From contig OZ024743.1 in the NCBI GenBank assembly GCA_964016885.1, positions 237,770,001 to 237,834,000 on the forward strand: a stretch of 64,000 nucleotides of DNA, given 5' to 3'. The notes beneath the pieces were generated by a model that was given only the letters and a program-made list of their open reading frames with translations, searched no databases and was not told the DNA's origin. This DNA comes from Eledone cirrhosa. Its lineage: Eukaryota. Shown here piece after piece: positions 12,301 to 27,300 of the stretch. The position numbers were made by a program, and so were the translations under genes. Positions within the stretch are counted from its first letter, which is position 1. Each line of letters starts with the position of its first letter.

Positions 12301-15300
12301 GCCCCAAAATAAAAAATGGATCCGCCCCACATAAAAAATGCATCCCACCAAAAAAACGGACCTCCAAATAAAAATCGGACCCTGTAAATAAAAAAACGGC
12401 CTCCCAAATAAAAAAAAAACCCAAATATTAAACGCCCCCCAAATAAGAAATGAATCTTCCAAATAAAAAAAGGATTCCCCCAAATAAAAAATGGATCCCC
12501 GCAAATAAAAAATGGATCCCACCAAATAAAAACGGACCTCACCAAACAAATAAATGGATCCCACCAAATAAAAAACGGACCCCCCAATAAAAAACGGACC
12601 CCCAAATAAAAAACTAACCCCAAATAAAAAATGACCGCCAAAAATAAAAAACGGATCCCCCAAATATTAAACGGACCACCCCCAAATAAGAAACGGATCC
12701 CCCCAAATAAAAAACGGACCGCCTAATAAAAAACGGACCCCCACCAATAAAAAATTGACCCCCAAAATAAAAAACCGATTCCCCCAAATATTAAAAGGAT
12801 CCCCAATAAGTAATGGATCCTCCAAATAAAAAACGGACCTCCCCCAAATAAAAAACGGGCCCCCAATTAAAAATTGAACACCCCCCCCAAAAAACGGAGC
12901 CCCCCCCAAATAAAAAAATGGATGTCCTCAAATAAAAACGGATTCCCCCCAAAACGGACCCCTAAATAAAAATCGGACCCCCAAATAAAAGCAGATCGCC
13001 CCCAAATAAAAAACGTACCCCCAGATAAAAACACCGATCCCCAAAATAAAAAACGGACCTCCAAATAAAAAACGGACACCCCCAATAAAAACGGACCCCA
13101 AATAAAAAACTGACCCCCAAATAAAAATGTCGCCCAAAAATAGAAAAACGAATCCCCACAAATATTAAACGACTCCCCCCAAATAATAAATGGATCCTCC
13201 AAATAAAAAATGGATCCCCCCAAATAAAAAACGGATTCCGCCCAAATAAAAAACCGACTTCCAAATAAAAAACGGAGCCCCACACCCTAAATAAATAACG
13301 GATTCGCAAATAAAAAATTTTTCCCCCAAAATAAAAAACGGATCCCTCCCAAATAAAAAACGGACCTCCCCCAGATAAAAAACGGGCCCCCCCAAATATA
13401 AATGGACCCCTCCCCCCCAAAACGGTCCCAAATAAAAAACAGATCGCCCCCAAATAAAAAACGGACCCCCAAATAAAAAACGGATCTCCCAAATAAAAAA
13501 CGGACCTCCAAATAAAAAATGGACACCCCAATAAAAAACGGACCCCCAAATAAAAAACGGACCCCAAATAAAAAACTGACCCCCAAATAAAAAATAAGCC
13601 CCAAATAAAAAACGGATCCCCCAATATTAAACGGACCACACCCAAATATGAAATGGATCCACCAAATAAAAAACGGCTCGCCGCCAATGAAAAAGGACCC
13701 CCAAATAAAAAACGGATCCACCCAAATAAAAACGGACCTCCCCCGAAATATAAAACAGGCTCCCCAATTAAAAATGGACACCCCCAAAACATAAATAAAA
13801 AACGGACCTCCACTCCAAATAAAAAATGGATCCCACAACATAAAAAATGCATCCCACCAAAAAACGGACCTCCAAATAAAATCGGACCCTGCCAAATAAA
13901 AAAACGGCCTCCCAAATAAAAAAAAAAACCCAAAATATTAAACGCCCCCCCAAATAAGAAATGAATCTTACAAATAAAAAATGGATTCCCCCAAATAAAA
14001 AACGGATGCCGCCCAAATAAAAAACGGACCTACAAATAAAAAACGGACCTCACCAATAAAAAAGGACCCCCTTATAAAAAACGGATCGCCCCCAAATAAA
14101 AAAACCGACACCCAGATAAAAAAAACGGATACCCCAAATAAAAAACGGATCTCCAAATAAAAAACGGACCCCCCCCCAATAAAAACGGACCCACAAATAA
14201 AAAACCGAACCCCAAATAAAAACTGACCGCCAAATAAAAAATGACGCCCAAAATAAAAAAAAGGATCCCCCAAATAATAAACGGACCCCCGCCAATAAAA
14301 AACTGACCCTCCCCAAATAAAAAATTGACCTCCAAAAATAAAAAACCGATTCCCCCCAAATATTAAACGGACCCCCCAATAAGTAATGGATCCCCCAAAT
14401 AAAAAAGGGATAGCCCCAAATAAAAAAACGGACCACCACCAAATAAAAAACGGGCCCCCCAATTAAAAATTGATCCCCTCAAAAAAACGGACCCTCAAAT
14501 AAAAAACGGATCCCCCCAAAACGGACCCCTAAATAAAAAACGGATTCCCAAATAAAAACGGATCGCCCCCAAATAAAAAAACGGACCCCCAGATTAAAAA
14601 AAACGGATCCCCCAAATAAAAAACGGACCTCCAAATAAAAAACGGACCCCCAATAAAAAAACCGGCCTCCAAATAAAAAACGGATCGCCCCGAAATAAAA
14701 AACGGACCTCCAAATAAATCGCCCCCCCCCCATAAAAAAGGAACCCCAAATAAAAAATGACCCCCCCCCCCAAAAAAAACGGATCCCCCCAAATATTAAA
14801 CGGACCACCCCCTAATAAGAAATGGATCCACCAAATAAAAAACGGATCCCTCCAAATAATAACGGACCTCCCCCCAAATATAAAACGGGCACCCCAATTA
14901 AAATATGCCCCCCCCCCCAAAAACGGACCCCAAATAAAAGACGGTTCGCCCCCAAATAAAAAACGGACCACCGAAATAAAAAACGGGCCTCTAAATAAAA
15001 AACGGAGCCCCCCAAATAAGAAATGGATCCTCCAAATAAAAAATTGATCCACCCAAATAAAAAACGGATCCCCAAATAAAAAACGGAACTCCAAATAAAA
15101 AACGGACCCCAATAAAAAACGGACACTCAAATAAAAAACTGATCCCCAAATAAAAAATGTTCCCCCAAAATAGAAAAACGAATCCTCCCAAATATTAAAC
15201 GGCCCCTCCCCCCAAATAAGAAATGGATCCTCCAAATAAAAAATGGATCCCCCCAAATAAAAAACGGATCCCGCCCAAATAAAAAACAGACCTCCAAATA

Positions 15301-18300
15301 AAAAACGGAGCCCCCACCCTAAATAAAAAAATGGATCTCCCCAAATAAAAAACGGATCCCCCAAAACGGACCTCTAAATAAATAACGGATTCCCAAATAA
15401 AAATGGATCCCCCGAAATAAAAAAAGGAGACCCTCAATAAAAAACTGACCCCGAATAAAAAACGGATCGCTCCCAAATAAAAAACGGACCTCCAAATAAA
15501 AAACGGACCCCAAATAAAAAATGACCCCCCCAAAATAAAAAAACGGATCCCCCCGAATATTAAACGGACCACCCCCAAATAAGAAATGGATCCACCAAAT
15601 AAAAAACGGATCCTCCAAATAAAAAACGGATCCCACAATAAAAAATGGATCCCTCCAAATAAAAAATGGATCCCACCAAATAAAAAACGGACCTCACCAA
15701 TAAAAAACGGATCCCGACAAAAAACGGAACGCCCCAAATAAAAATACGGATCCCCCAAACAAAAACGGACCTCCCCCTCAAATATAAAACAGGCACCCCA
15801 ATTAAAAATTTAGCCCCCAAAAAATAAATAAATAACGGACCCCAAATAAAAAATGGATCGCCCCCAAATAAAAAACGGATCCCCCAAATAAAATATTGAC
15901 CCCCCAAAATAAAAAACCGATTCCCCCAAATATTAAACGGACCTCCCCAATAAGTAATGGATCCCTTAAATAAAAAACGGATAACCCCAAATAAAAAAAC
16001 GGTCCTCCCCCAAATAAAAAAGGGCCCACCACTAAAACTTGACCCCCCAAAAAACGGACCCCCAAATAAAAAACGGTTCGCCCCCAAATAAAAAACGGAC
16101 CCGCCAAATAAAAAACGGGCCTCCAAATAAAAAGCGGATCGCCCCGAAATAAAAAACGGACCTCCAAATAAAATACGCCCCCCCCAATAAAAAACGGACC
16201 CCAAATAAAAAATGACCCCCAAAAATAAAAAAAGGATCCCCCCAAATATTAAACGGTCCACCCCCAAATAAGAAATGGATCCACCAAATAAAAAACGGAT
16301 CCCTCCAAATAAAATCGGACCTCGCCCCAAATATAAAACGGGCACCCCAATTAAAATATGCCCCCCCCCAAAAAAAAACGGACCCCAAATAAAAGACGGT
16401 TCGCCCCCAAATAAAAAACGGACCACCGAAATAAAAAACGGGCCTCTAAATAAAAAACGGAGCCCCCTCAAATAAGAAATGGATACTCCAAATAAAAAAT
16501 TGATCCACCCAAATAAAAAACGGATCCCGCCGAAATAAAAAACGGACCCCTACTCCAAATACAAAATGGATACGCCACATGAAAAATTGATCCCACCAGA
16601 AAACGGACCTCCAAATAAAAAACGGACCACCCACCCAATAAAAAATGGATCCCCCAAATAAAAAAATGGATCCCACCATATAAAAAACAGACCTCACCAA
16701 TAAAAAAACGGAACCCGAATAAAAAACGGATCGCCCCCAAATAAAAAACGGACCCCCAGATAAAAAAACGATCCCCAATAAAAAACGGACCCCCAAATAA
16801 AAAACGGACCCCCAAATAAAAAAACTGACCCCCAAAAAATAAAAAACGGATTCCCTCAAATATTAAACGGACCACTCTCAAATAAGAAATGTATCCCCCA
16901 AATAAAAAATGGATCCCACCATATAAAAAACAGACCTCACCAATAAAAAGACGGAACCCGAATAAAAAACGGATCGCACCCAAATAAAAAACGGACCCCA
17001 GATAAAAAAAACGATCCCCCAATAAAAGACGGACCCCCAAATAAAAAACGGACCCCCAAACAAAAAAACTGACCCCCCAAAATAAAAAATGGAGTCCCTC
17101 AAATATTAAACGGACCACTCTCAAATAAGAAATGTATCCCCCAAATAAAAAACGGATCCCCCCGAATAAAAAACGGACTCCTGCCCCGCAATAAAAAATG
17201 GATTCCCCCAAATAAAAAATGGATCCCACCAAATAAAAAACGGATCCCACCATATAATAAAACAGACCTCACCAATAAAAAGACGGAACCCGAATAAAAA
17301 ACGGATCGCCGCCAAATGAAAAACGGACCCCCAGATAAAAAAAACCGATCCCCCAATAAAAGACGGACCCCCAAATAAAAAACTAACCCCCAAATAAAAA
17401 AACTGACCCCCAAAAATAAAAAACGGATTCCCTCAAATATTAAACGGACCACCCTCAAATAAGAAATGTATCCCCCAAATAAAAAACGGATCCCCCGAAT
17501 CAAAAACGGACTCCTGCCCCGCAATAAAAATGGATTCCCCCAAATAAAAAAATGGATCCCACCAAATAAAAAACGGACCTCACCAATAAAAAACGGATTC
17601 CGAATAAAAAACGGATCATCCCAAATAAAAAAGGAGCCCCCAAATAAAAAAACGTATATCCCCAATAAAAAAGGATCCCCACAAATAAAAACGGGCCTCA
17701 CCATAAATATAAAACAGGGCCCCAATTAAAAATGGACCCCCGCAAAACATAAATAAAAACAGATCCCTCAATAAAAAACAGACCCCCCAAATATAAAACG
17801 GACACACCCCCAATAAAAAACTGCCCCCTAATTAAATAACGGATCCCCCCGAAATAAAAAACTAATACCGAAATAAAAAATGGATCCCCCGAAATAAAAA
17901 ACGAACCCCCAAATATTAAACGGACACACCCAAATAAGAAATGGATCCCCCAAATAAAAACGGACCCCCCCAAAAAAACGGACCCCCCCCAAATAAGAAA
18001 TGGATCCCCCAAATAAAAAACGAACCTCCAAATAAAAAACGGTTCCTCCAAATAAGAAACGGACCTTCCTCCAAATAAAAAAGGGCCTCCCAAATAAAAA
18101 CGGGCCCCCGAATTAAAAGTACACGCCCCCCACAAAAAAGCGCACCCCAAATAAAAAACGGATCGTCCTCCAAATAACAAACGTCCTCCAAATAAAAAAC
18201 GGACGCCTCCAAATGAAGAACTGACCCCCAAATAAAAAATGACCCCCAAAATAAAAAACGGATCCTGCAAATATTAAACGGACCACCCCCAAATAAGAAA

Positions 18301-21300
18301 TGAATCCACCAAATAAAAAACGGATCCCTCCAAATAAAAAATGGATACCACCATATAAAAAACAGACCTCACCAATAAAAAAACCGAACCAGAATAAAAA
18401 ACGGATCGCCCCAAGTAAAAAAACGGACCTCCCCCAAATAAAAAAAGGGCCTCCCAAATAAAATTTGCCCCCCCCCCAAAAAAAAACGGACCCCAAAATA
18501 AAAAACGGTTCGCCCCCAAATAAAAAAACGGACCCGCCAAATAAAAAACGGGCCTCCAAATAAAAAACGGATCGCCCCCAAATAAAAAACGGACCTCTAA
18601 ATAAAAAACGGACCCCTCCAATAAAGAACTGACGCCAAATAAAAAATGACCACCAAAAATAAAAAAACGGATCCCCCCAAATATTAAACTGACCTGCCCC
18701 AAACAAGAAATGGATCCACCAAATAAAAAACGGATCCCCCAAACTAAAAACGGACCCCCCCCAATAAAAAATGGATCCTTCCAAATAAAAAATGGATCCC
18801 ACCAAATAAAAAAACGGGCCCACCAATAAAAAACGGATCCCGAATAAAAAACGGATCCCCCAAATAAAAAACGTATTCCCCGAAATAAAAAACGTATTCC
18901 CCCCAATAAAAAACCGATCGCCCCAAATAAAAAGACGGACCTCCCCCAAATAAAAAACGAGCCCCCCATTTAAAAATTGACCCCCCCAAAAAACGGACCC
19001 CCCCAAATAAAAGACGGTTCGACCCCAAATAAAAAACAGTCCCTCCAAATAAAAAACGGAGCCCCCCACAAATAAGAAATGGATCTTCCAAATAAAAAAT
19101 GGATCCACACAAATAAAAAACGGATCCCGCCCAAATAAAAAACGGAATTCCAAATAAAAAAATGGAGCCTCCACTCCAAATAAAAAATGGATACCCCACA
19201 TGAAAAATTGATCCCACCAAAAAGCGGACCTCAAAATAAAAAAACGGCCCCCTTCAAATATTAAATGACCCCCCCCCCCCAATAAGAAATGGGTCCCACC
19301 ATATAAAAAACAGACCTCACCAATTAAAAAACGGAACCCGAATAAAAAACGGATCGCCCCTAAATAAAAAACGGACCCCCAGATAAAAAAAACGGATCCT
19401 CCAATATAATCGGACCCCAAATAAAAAACGGACCCCCAAATAAAAAATTGACCCCCAAAAATAAAAAACGAATCCCCTCAAATATTAAACGGACCACCCC
19501 CAAATAAGAAATGTATCCCCCAAATAAAAAACGGATCCCCCAAAATAAAAAACGGATCGCAAATAAAAAACGGATCCCCCCAAATAAAAAAAGACCCCCC
19601 CAAAATAACGTATACCCCAATAAAAAACGGATCCCCCGAAATAAAAACAGACCTCCTCCCCAAATATAAAACAGGCCTCCCCAATTAAAAATGGACCTCC
19701 GTAAAACATAATTAAAAAACGGACCTCCAATAAAAAACGGACCCACCCAAATATAAAACGGACACCTCCCCAATAAAAAACTCCTAATTAAATAACGGAT
19801 CCCCCCCAAATAAAAAACTAATACCGAAATAAAAAATGGATCCCCGAAATAAAAAACGGACCCTCCAAATATTAAACGGACACACCCAAATAAGAAATGG
19901 ATCCCCCAAATAAAAAACGGACCTCCAAATAAAAAACGGTTCCCCCAAATAAGAAACGGACCTCCCTCCAAATAAAAACGGGCCCCCCAATTAAAAGTGC
20001 ACCCCCCACAAAAAAACGCATCCCAAACAAAAAACGGATCGCCCCCAAATAAAAAACGGGCCCCCAAATAAAAAATGGACCCCACCCAAATAAATACCCA
20101 CCACCAAAAAAAAAAAATCAGACACCGAAATAAAAAACGGACCCTCCCAAATAAAAAATGACCCCCCAAAATAAAAAAAACCGATCCTCCCAAATAAAAA
20201 CCGGATTCCGCCTGAATAAAAAACGGACGCCCAAATAAAAAACGGATCGCCCCCCCCCAAAAAAAACGGACACCCAGATAAAAAAACGGATGCCCCAAAT
20301 AAAAAACGGACACCCAGATAAAAAAAACGGATCCACCCAAATAAAAACCGGATTCCGCCTGAATAAAAAACGGACCCCCAAATAAAAAACGGATCGCCCC
20401 CCCCCAAAAAAACGGACACCCAGATAAAAAAACGGATCCCCCAAATAAAAAACGGACACCCAGATAAAAAAACGGATCCTCCCGAATAAAAACCGGACTC
20501 CGCCTGAATAAAAAACGGACCCCCAAATAAAAAACGGATCGCCCCCCCCCCAAAACGGAGACCCAGATAAAAAACGGATCCCCCAAATAAAAAACGGACA
20601 CCCAGATAAAAAAACGGATCCCCCAAATAAAAATCGACCCCCAATAAAAAACGGACCCCCAAATAAAAAAATGACCCCCAAAAATAAAAAACGGATCGCC
20701 ACAAATATTAAACGGACCACCCCCAAATAAAAAAACCGATCCCCACAAATAATAACCGGACCACCCCACTATAAAAATGGATCCCCCCAAATAAAAAATG
20801 GATCCCACCAAATAAAAAACGGACATCACCAATAAAAAACGGATCCCGAATAAAAAACGGATCCCCCCAAATAAAAAAGGACCCCCAAATAAAAAACGTA
20901 TACCCCCAATAAAAAATGTATCCCCCCAAATAAAAACAGACCTCCCCCAAATATAAAACAGGCCCCCAAATTAAAAATGGATCCCCCCCAAATAAATAAA
21001 AAACGGACCCCCCAATAAAAAATGGATCACCCCAAATAAAAAATGGATCCCACCAAATAAAAAACGGACCTCACCAATAAAAAAACGGACCCGAATAAAA
21101 AACGGATCGCCCCCAAATAAAAAGGGACCCCCAGACAAAAAACGGATCCCCCAAATAAAAAACGGACATCCAAATAAAAATAGACCTCCCCCAATAAAAA
21201 ACGGAACCCCAAATAAAAAACAGACCTCCCCCAAATATAAAACAGGCCGCCAAATTAAAAATAGACCCTCCCAAATAAATAAAAAACGGACCCCCCAAAT

Positions 21301-24300
21301 ATAAAACGGACACCACAAATAAGAAATAGATCCCCCAAATAAAAAACAGACCTCCAAATAAAAACGGATCCCCCCAAATAAGAAAGGGACCTCCCCCAAA
21401 TAAAAAACGGGCCCCCAAATTAAAAGTGCATTCCCCCACAAAAAATGGACCCCAAATAAAAAACGGACCCCTTAGCAAAAAAAAACAAACAAAAAAAAAA
21501 CCGACACCGAAATAAAAAACGGATTCCCCCAAACAGAAAATGAGCACCAAATAAAAAACGGACATCCCCACCCAATAAAAAACGGACCCCCAAATAAAAA
21601 ACTGACCCCCAAATTAAAAATGACACCAAAAAATAAAAAAACTGATCCCCCAAATAAAAAACGCCCCTCTCCCCAATAAAAATTTTATCCCCCCAAATAA
21701 AAAATGGATCCACCAAATAAAAAAAGGACCTCACTAATAAATAACGGATCCCGAATAAGAAACGGATCCCACCAAATAAAAATTGGATCGCCCGCAAATA
21801 AAAAACGGAACGCCAAATAAAAAACGGACATCCCCTCCCAATAAAAAACGCCCCACCCCACCCCCGCAATAAAAAACGGACCCTCCCAAATAAAAAATTG
21901 AGCCCCCAAAATAAAAAAACTGATTCCCCCAAATAAGAAATGGATCCCCCAAATAATAAACGTATCCTCCCCAAATAAAAAAGGGACCTCCCTCAAATAA
22001 AAACGGGCCCCCAAATTAAAAGTGCATCCCGCCACAAAAAAACGGACCCCAAATAAAAAACGAATCCCACCGAAATAAAAAAACGGATCTCCAAATGAAA
22101 AATGGACCCCCCACCGAAAAAAAAAAAAAAAACTGACACCGAAATAAAAGACGGATACCCCCAGATAGAAAATGACCCCCAAATAAAAAACGGACATCCC
22201 CACCCAATAAAAAAACGGACCCCCAAATAAAAAACTGACCCCCAAATTAAAAATGACACCCAAAAATAAAAAAGTGATACCCCAAATAACCCCCCCCCCC
22301 AATAAAAAATGGATGCCCCCAAATAAAAAATGGATCCCCCAAATAAAAATTGGATCGCCCCCAAATAAAAAACGGAACGCCAAATAAAAAACGGACCCCC
22401 CCCCAAAAAAACCGACACCGAAATAAAAAACGGATCCCCTCAAACAGAAAATGAGCACCAAATAAAAAACGGACATCCCCACCCAATAAAAAACGGACCC
22501 CCAAATAAAAAACTGACCCCAAATGAAAAATGACACCCAAAAATAAAAAAACTGATCCCCTAAATAAAAAACGCCCCTCCCCACAATAAAAATGTTTATC
22601 CCCCCAATTAAAAAATGGATCCACCAAATAAAAAACGGACGTCACTAATAAAAAACGGATCCCGAATAAGAAACGGATCCCACCAAATAAAAAAGGACAC
22701 CAAATAAAAATTGGATCGCTCTCAAATAAAAAACGGAACGCCAAATAAAAAACGGAATCCCCTCCCAATAAAAAACGCCCCACCACACCCCCGCAATAAA
22801 AAACGGACCCTCCCAAATAAAAAATTGAGCCCCCCCCCCAAAAAAAAACTGATTCCCCCAAATAAGAAATGGATCCCCAAAATAATAAACGTATCGTCCC
22901 CAAATAAAAAGGGACCTCCCTTAAATAAAAAACGGGCCCCCAAATTAAAAGTGCATCCCACAACAAAAAACGGACCCCAAATAAAAAACGAATCCCACCG
23001 AAATAAAAAAACGGATCTCCAAATAAAAAACGGAGCCCCACCAAAAAAATAAAAAAAAAACAGACACCGAAATAAAAAACGGATACCCCAAATAGAAAAT
23101 GACCCCAAATAAGAAACGGACATCCCCACCCAATAAAAAACGGACCCCCCAAATAAAAAACTGACCCCCAAATGAAAAATGACACCCAAAAATAAAAAAG
23201 TGATCCCCCAAATAAAAAACACCCCCTCCCCAATAAAAAATGGATCCCCCCAAATAAAAAATGGATCCCACCAAATAAAAAACGGAACTCACTAATAAAA
23301 AACAGATCCCGAATAAAATAGGATCCCGAATAAAAAATGGATACCCCCAAATAAAAATTGGATTGCCCCCAAATAAAAATCGGAACCCCAAATAAAAAAC
23401 GGACACCCCCTCCCAATAAAAAACGCCCCCACCACAGCCCCCGCAATAAACAACGGACCCTCCCAAATAAAAAATAGAGCCCTAAAAATAAAAAACTGAT
23501 TCCCCCAAATAAGAAATGGATCCCACAAATAATAAATGTATCCTCCCCAAATAAAAAAGGGACCTCCCCCAAATAAAAAATGGACCTCCAAATAAAAACC
23601 GGATCCCCCCAAATAAGAAACGGACCACTCCCAAATAAAACGGAACCCCCCAATAAAAAAATGGATCACCCCAAATAAAAAATGGATCCCACCAAATAAA
23701 AAACGGATCCGGCCAATAAAAAACGCCCCCCCCCAATATAAAACGGACTTCCCTTAAAAAACTGACCCCTAATTAAATAACGGATCCCCCCCCCCAAATA
23801 AAAAACGGATACCGAAATAAAAATTGGATCCCCCGAAATTAAAAACGGACCCCCCCAAATATTAAATGGTAACACCCAAATAAGAAATGGATCCCCCAAA
23901 TAAAAAACGGACCCCCCCAAATAAATAATGGATCCCCCAAATAAAAAACAGACCTACCCCAAATAAAAAACGGGCCCCCAAATTAAAAGTGCATGCCCCC
24001 ACAAAAAAACAGACCCTAAATAAAAAACGGACCCCCCGAAATTAAAAAAAACGGACCTCCAAATAAAAAACGGATCCCCCAAATAGAAAATGACCCCCAA
24101 ATATAAAAAAAGGATCCCGCCCGAATAAAAAACGGACCCCAAATAAAAAACGGACATCCCCACCCAATAAAAAACGGTCCCCCAAATAAAAAACTGACCT
24201 CCAAATTAAAAATGACACCCAAAAATAAAAAACTGATCCCCCAAATAAAAAACGCCCCCACCCCAATAAAAAATGGATCCCCCCAAATAAAAGACGGATC

Positions 24301-27300
24301 CCACCAAATAAAAAAGGGCCCCAAATAAAAATTGGATCGCCCCCAAATAAAAAACGGACCTCCCCCAAATAAAAAACGGGCCCCCAATTTAAAATTGTTC
24401 CTCCCCCCCCAAAACGGTCCCCCAAATAAAAAACGGATCGCCCCCAAATAAAAAGCGGACCCCAAATAAAAAACGGACCTCCCAAATAAATAACCGACTT
24501 CCAAATAAAAAACGCTCCCCCCCCAATTTAAAACAGACCTCCCAAATAAAAAATGCCCCCCCAAAATGAAAAAACCGATTCCCCCAAATATTGAACGGAG
24601 CCCTCCCAAATAAGAAATGGATCCCCCAAATAGAAATTGGATCCACCCAAATAAAAAACGGACCTCCAAATAAAAACGGAACCCCACTCCAAATAAAAAA
24701 TGGAGTCCCCTGAATAAAAAATGGAATCCCACCAAATATAACACGGACCTCACCAATAAAAAACGGAACCGAATAAAAATGGATACCCCAAATAAAAAAC
24801 GGACCCCCAAATAAAATACGGATCCCCCCAATAAAAAACGGATCCCCTCAAATAAAAACGTACCTCCTCCCAAATATAAAACGGGCCCCCCAATTAAAAA
24901 TGGACCCCCCCCAAAAAAGAGACACCAAATAAAAAATGGATCGCTCCCAATTAAAAAAATTGACTGCCAAATTAAAAAACGGACCTCCCCAATAAAGAAC
25001 GGACCCCCCAATAAAAAACGGACCCCCCCAAATAAAAAACGGATCCCCCCAAATATTAAACCGACCCCAAAAAAAGAAATGGATCCTCTAAATAGAAAAT
25101 TGTCTCCACCCAAATATAAAAAACGAATCCCGCCCAAATAAAGAACGGACCTCCAAATAAAAAATGGACACCCCCCCCAAATAAAAAACGGCCCTCTTCA
25201 AATATTAAACGCCCCTCCAATAAGAAATGGATCCACCAAATAAAAAATAGGTCCCCCCCAAATAAAAAATGGATCAGACCATATAAAAAAGAGACCTCAC
25301 CAATAAAAAAACGGAACCCGAATAAAAAAGAACCCCCAAATAAAAAACGTATAACCCCAATAAAAAACGGATCCCCCCAAATAAAAACCGACCTCCCACC
25401 CAAATATAAAACAGCCCCCCCCCCCAATTAAAAATGGACCCCGCAAAACATAAATAAAAAACGGACCCCCCAATAAAAAATGGACCCCCAGAAATATAAA
25501 ACGGACACCCCCCCCCCAAGAAAAAAACTCACCCCTAATTAAATAACGGATCCCCCCCAAATAAAAAACGAATACCGAAATAAAAAATGGATCCCCCGAA
25601 ATATAAAACGGACCCCCAAATATTAAACGGACACACCCAAATAAGAAATGGATTCCCCAAATAAAAAACGGACCTCCAAATAAAAAACGGCCCTCCAAAT
25701 AAAAAACGGTTCCCCTCAAATAAGAAACGGACCTTCCCCCAAATAAAAAACGTCCCCCCCGCAATATAAAAAACGGACCCTCCCAAATAAAACATTGAGC
25801 CCCAAAAATAAAATAAACAAATATTAAACGGACCCCCCCAAAAGAAATGGATCCCCAAAATAAAAAACGTATCCCTCCAAATAAAAAATGGGCCCCCCAA
25901 TTAAAAATTGTTCTTCTCCCCAAAACGGACCCCCAAATAAAAAACGGATCGCCCCCAAATAAAAAGCGGAGCCCCAAATAAAGAACGGATCTCCCAAATA
26001 AAAGACGGACCTCCAAATAAAAAACGGACCCCCAAATTAAAATACGGATTCCCCAAATAAAAAATGCCCCACCAAAATAAAAAACCAATTCCCCCAAATA
26101 TTAAACGGAGCACCCCAAATAAGAAATGGATCCTCCAAATAGAAAATGGATCCGCCCAAATAAAAAACGGACCTCCAAATAAAAAACGGACCCCCCACAC
26201 CAAATAAAAAATGGTTCCCACCCAAAACAGAGCTCCAAATTAAAAACGGACCGCCCCAAATAAAAAACGGACCCTCAAATAAAAAATGGGACCCCCAAGA
26301 ATTAAACCGACCCCCCAAAATAAAAAATGTATCCTCCAAATAAAAAATGGATCCTCCCAAATAAAAAATGGATCCTCCCAAATAAAAAACGGAACCCGCC
26401 CAAATAAAAAACGGTCCTCCAAATAATAAACGGACCTCCAATAAAAAATGGATCCCCCAAATAAAAAATGGAATCCCACTAAATAAAAAACGGACCACAC
26501 TAATATAAAACGGAACCAGAATAAAAACGGATACCCCCAAATAAAAAACCGACCCCCAAATAAAAAACGGATCCCCCCAATAAAAGACGGATCCCCCCAA
26601 ATAAAAACGTACCTCCACCCAAATATAAAACGGGCCCCCCCAATTAAAAATGGACCCCCCAAAAAATACGGACTCCAAATAAAACATGGATCGCCCCCAA
26701 ATAAAAAAAATGGACCGCCAAATAAAAAACGCCCCCCCCCAATAAAAAACGGACCCCCCAAATAAAAAACGGATCCCCCCCAATATTAAACGGACCCCCA
26801 AATAAGAAATGGATCCTCCAAATAGAAAATGGATCCACCCAAATATAAAAAACGAGTTTCGCCCTAATAAAAAACGGACATCAAAATAAAAAACGGCCCC
26901 CCACTCCAAATAAAAAATGGATCCCACCAAAAACTGGACCTCCAAATAAAAAACCGAACCCCCAAATAAAAAAAGGACCCCCAAATAAAAAATGACCCAA
27001 AAAATAAAAAACGGATACCCCCAAATATTAAACGCCCCCCAAAATAAGAAATGGATCCGCCAAATAAAAAATGGATCCACCCAAATAAAAAACGGATCCC
27101 CCTAAATAAAAAACGGATCCCCTCAAATAAAAACGTACCTCCTCCCAAATATAAAACGGGCCCCCCAATTAAAAATGGACCCCCCCAAAAAAAGAGACAC
27201 CAAATAAAAAATGGATCGCTCCCAATTAAAAAAATTGACCGCCAAATAAAAAAACGGACCTCCCCAATAAAGAACGGACCCCCCAATAAAAAACGGACCC

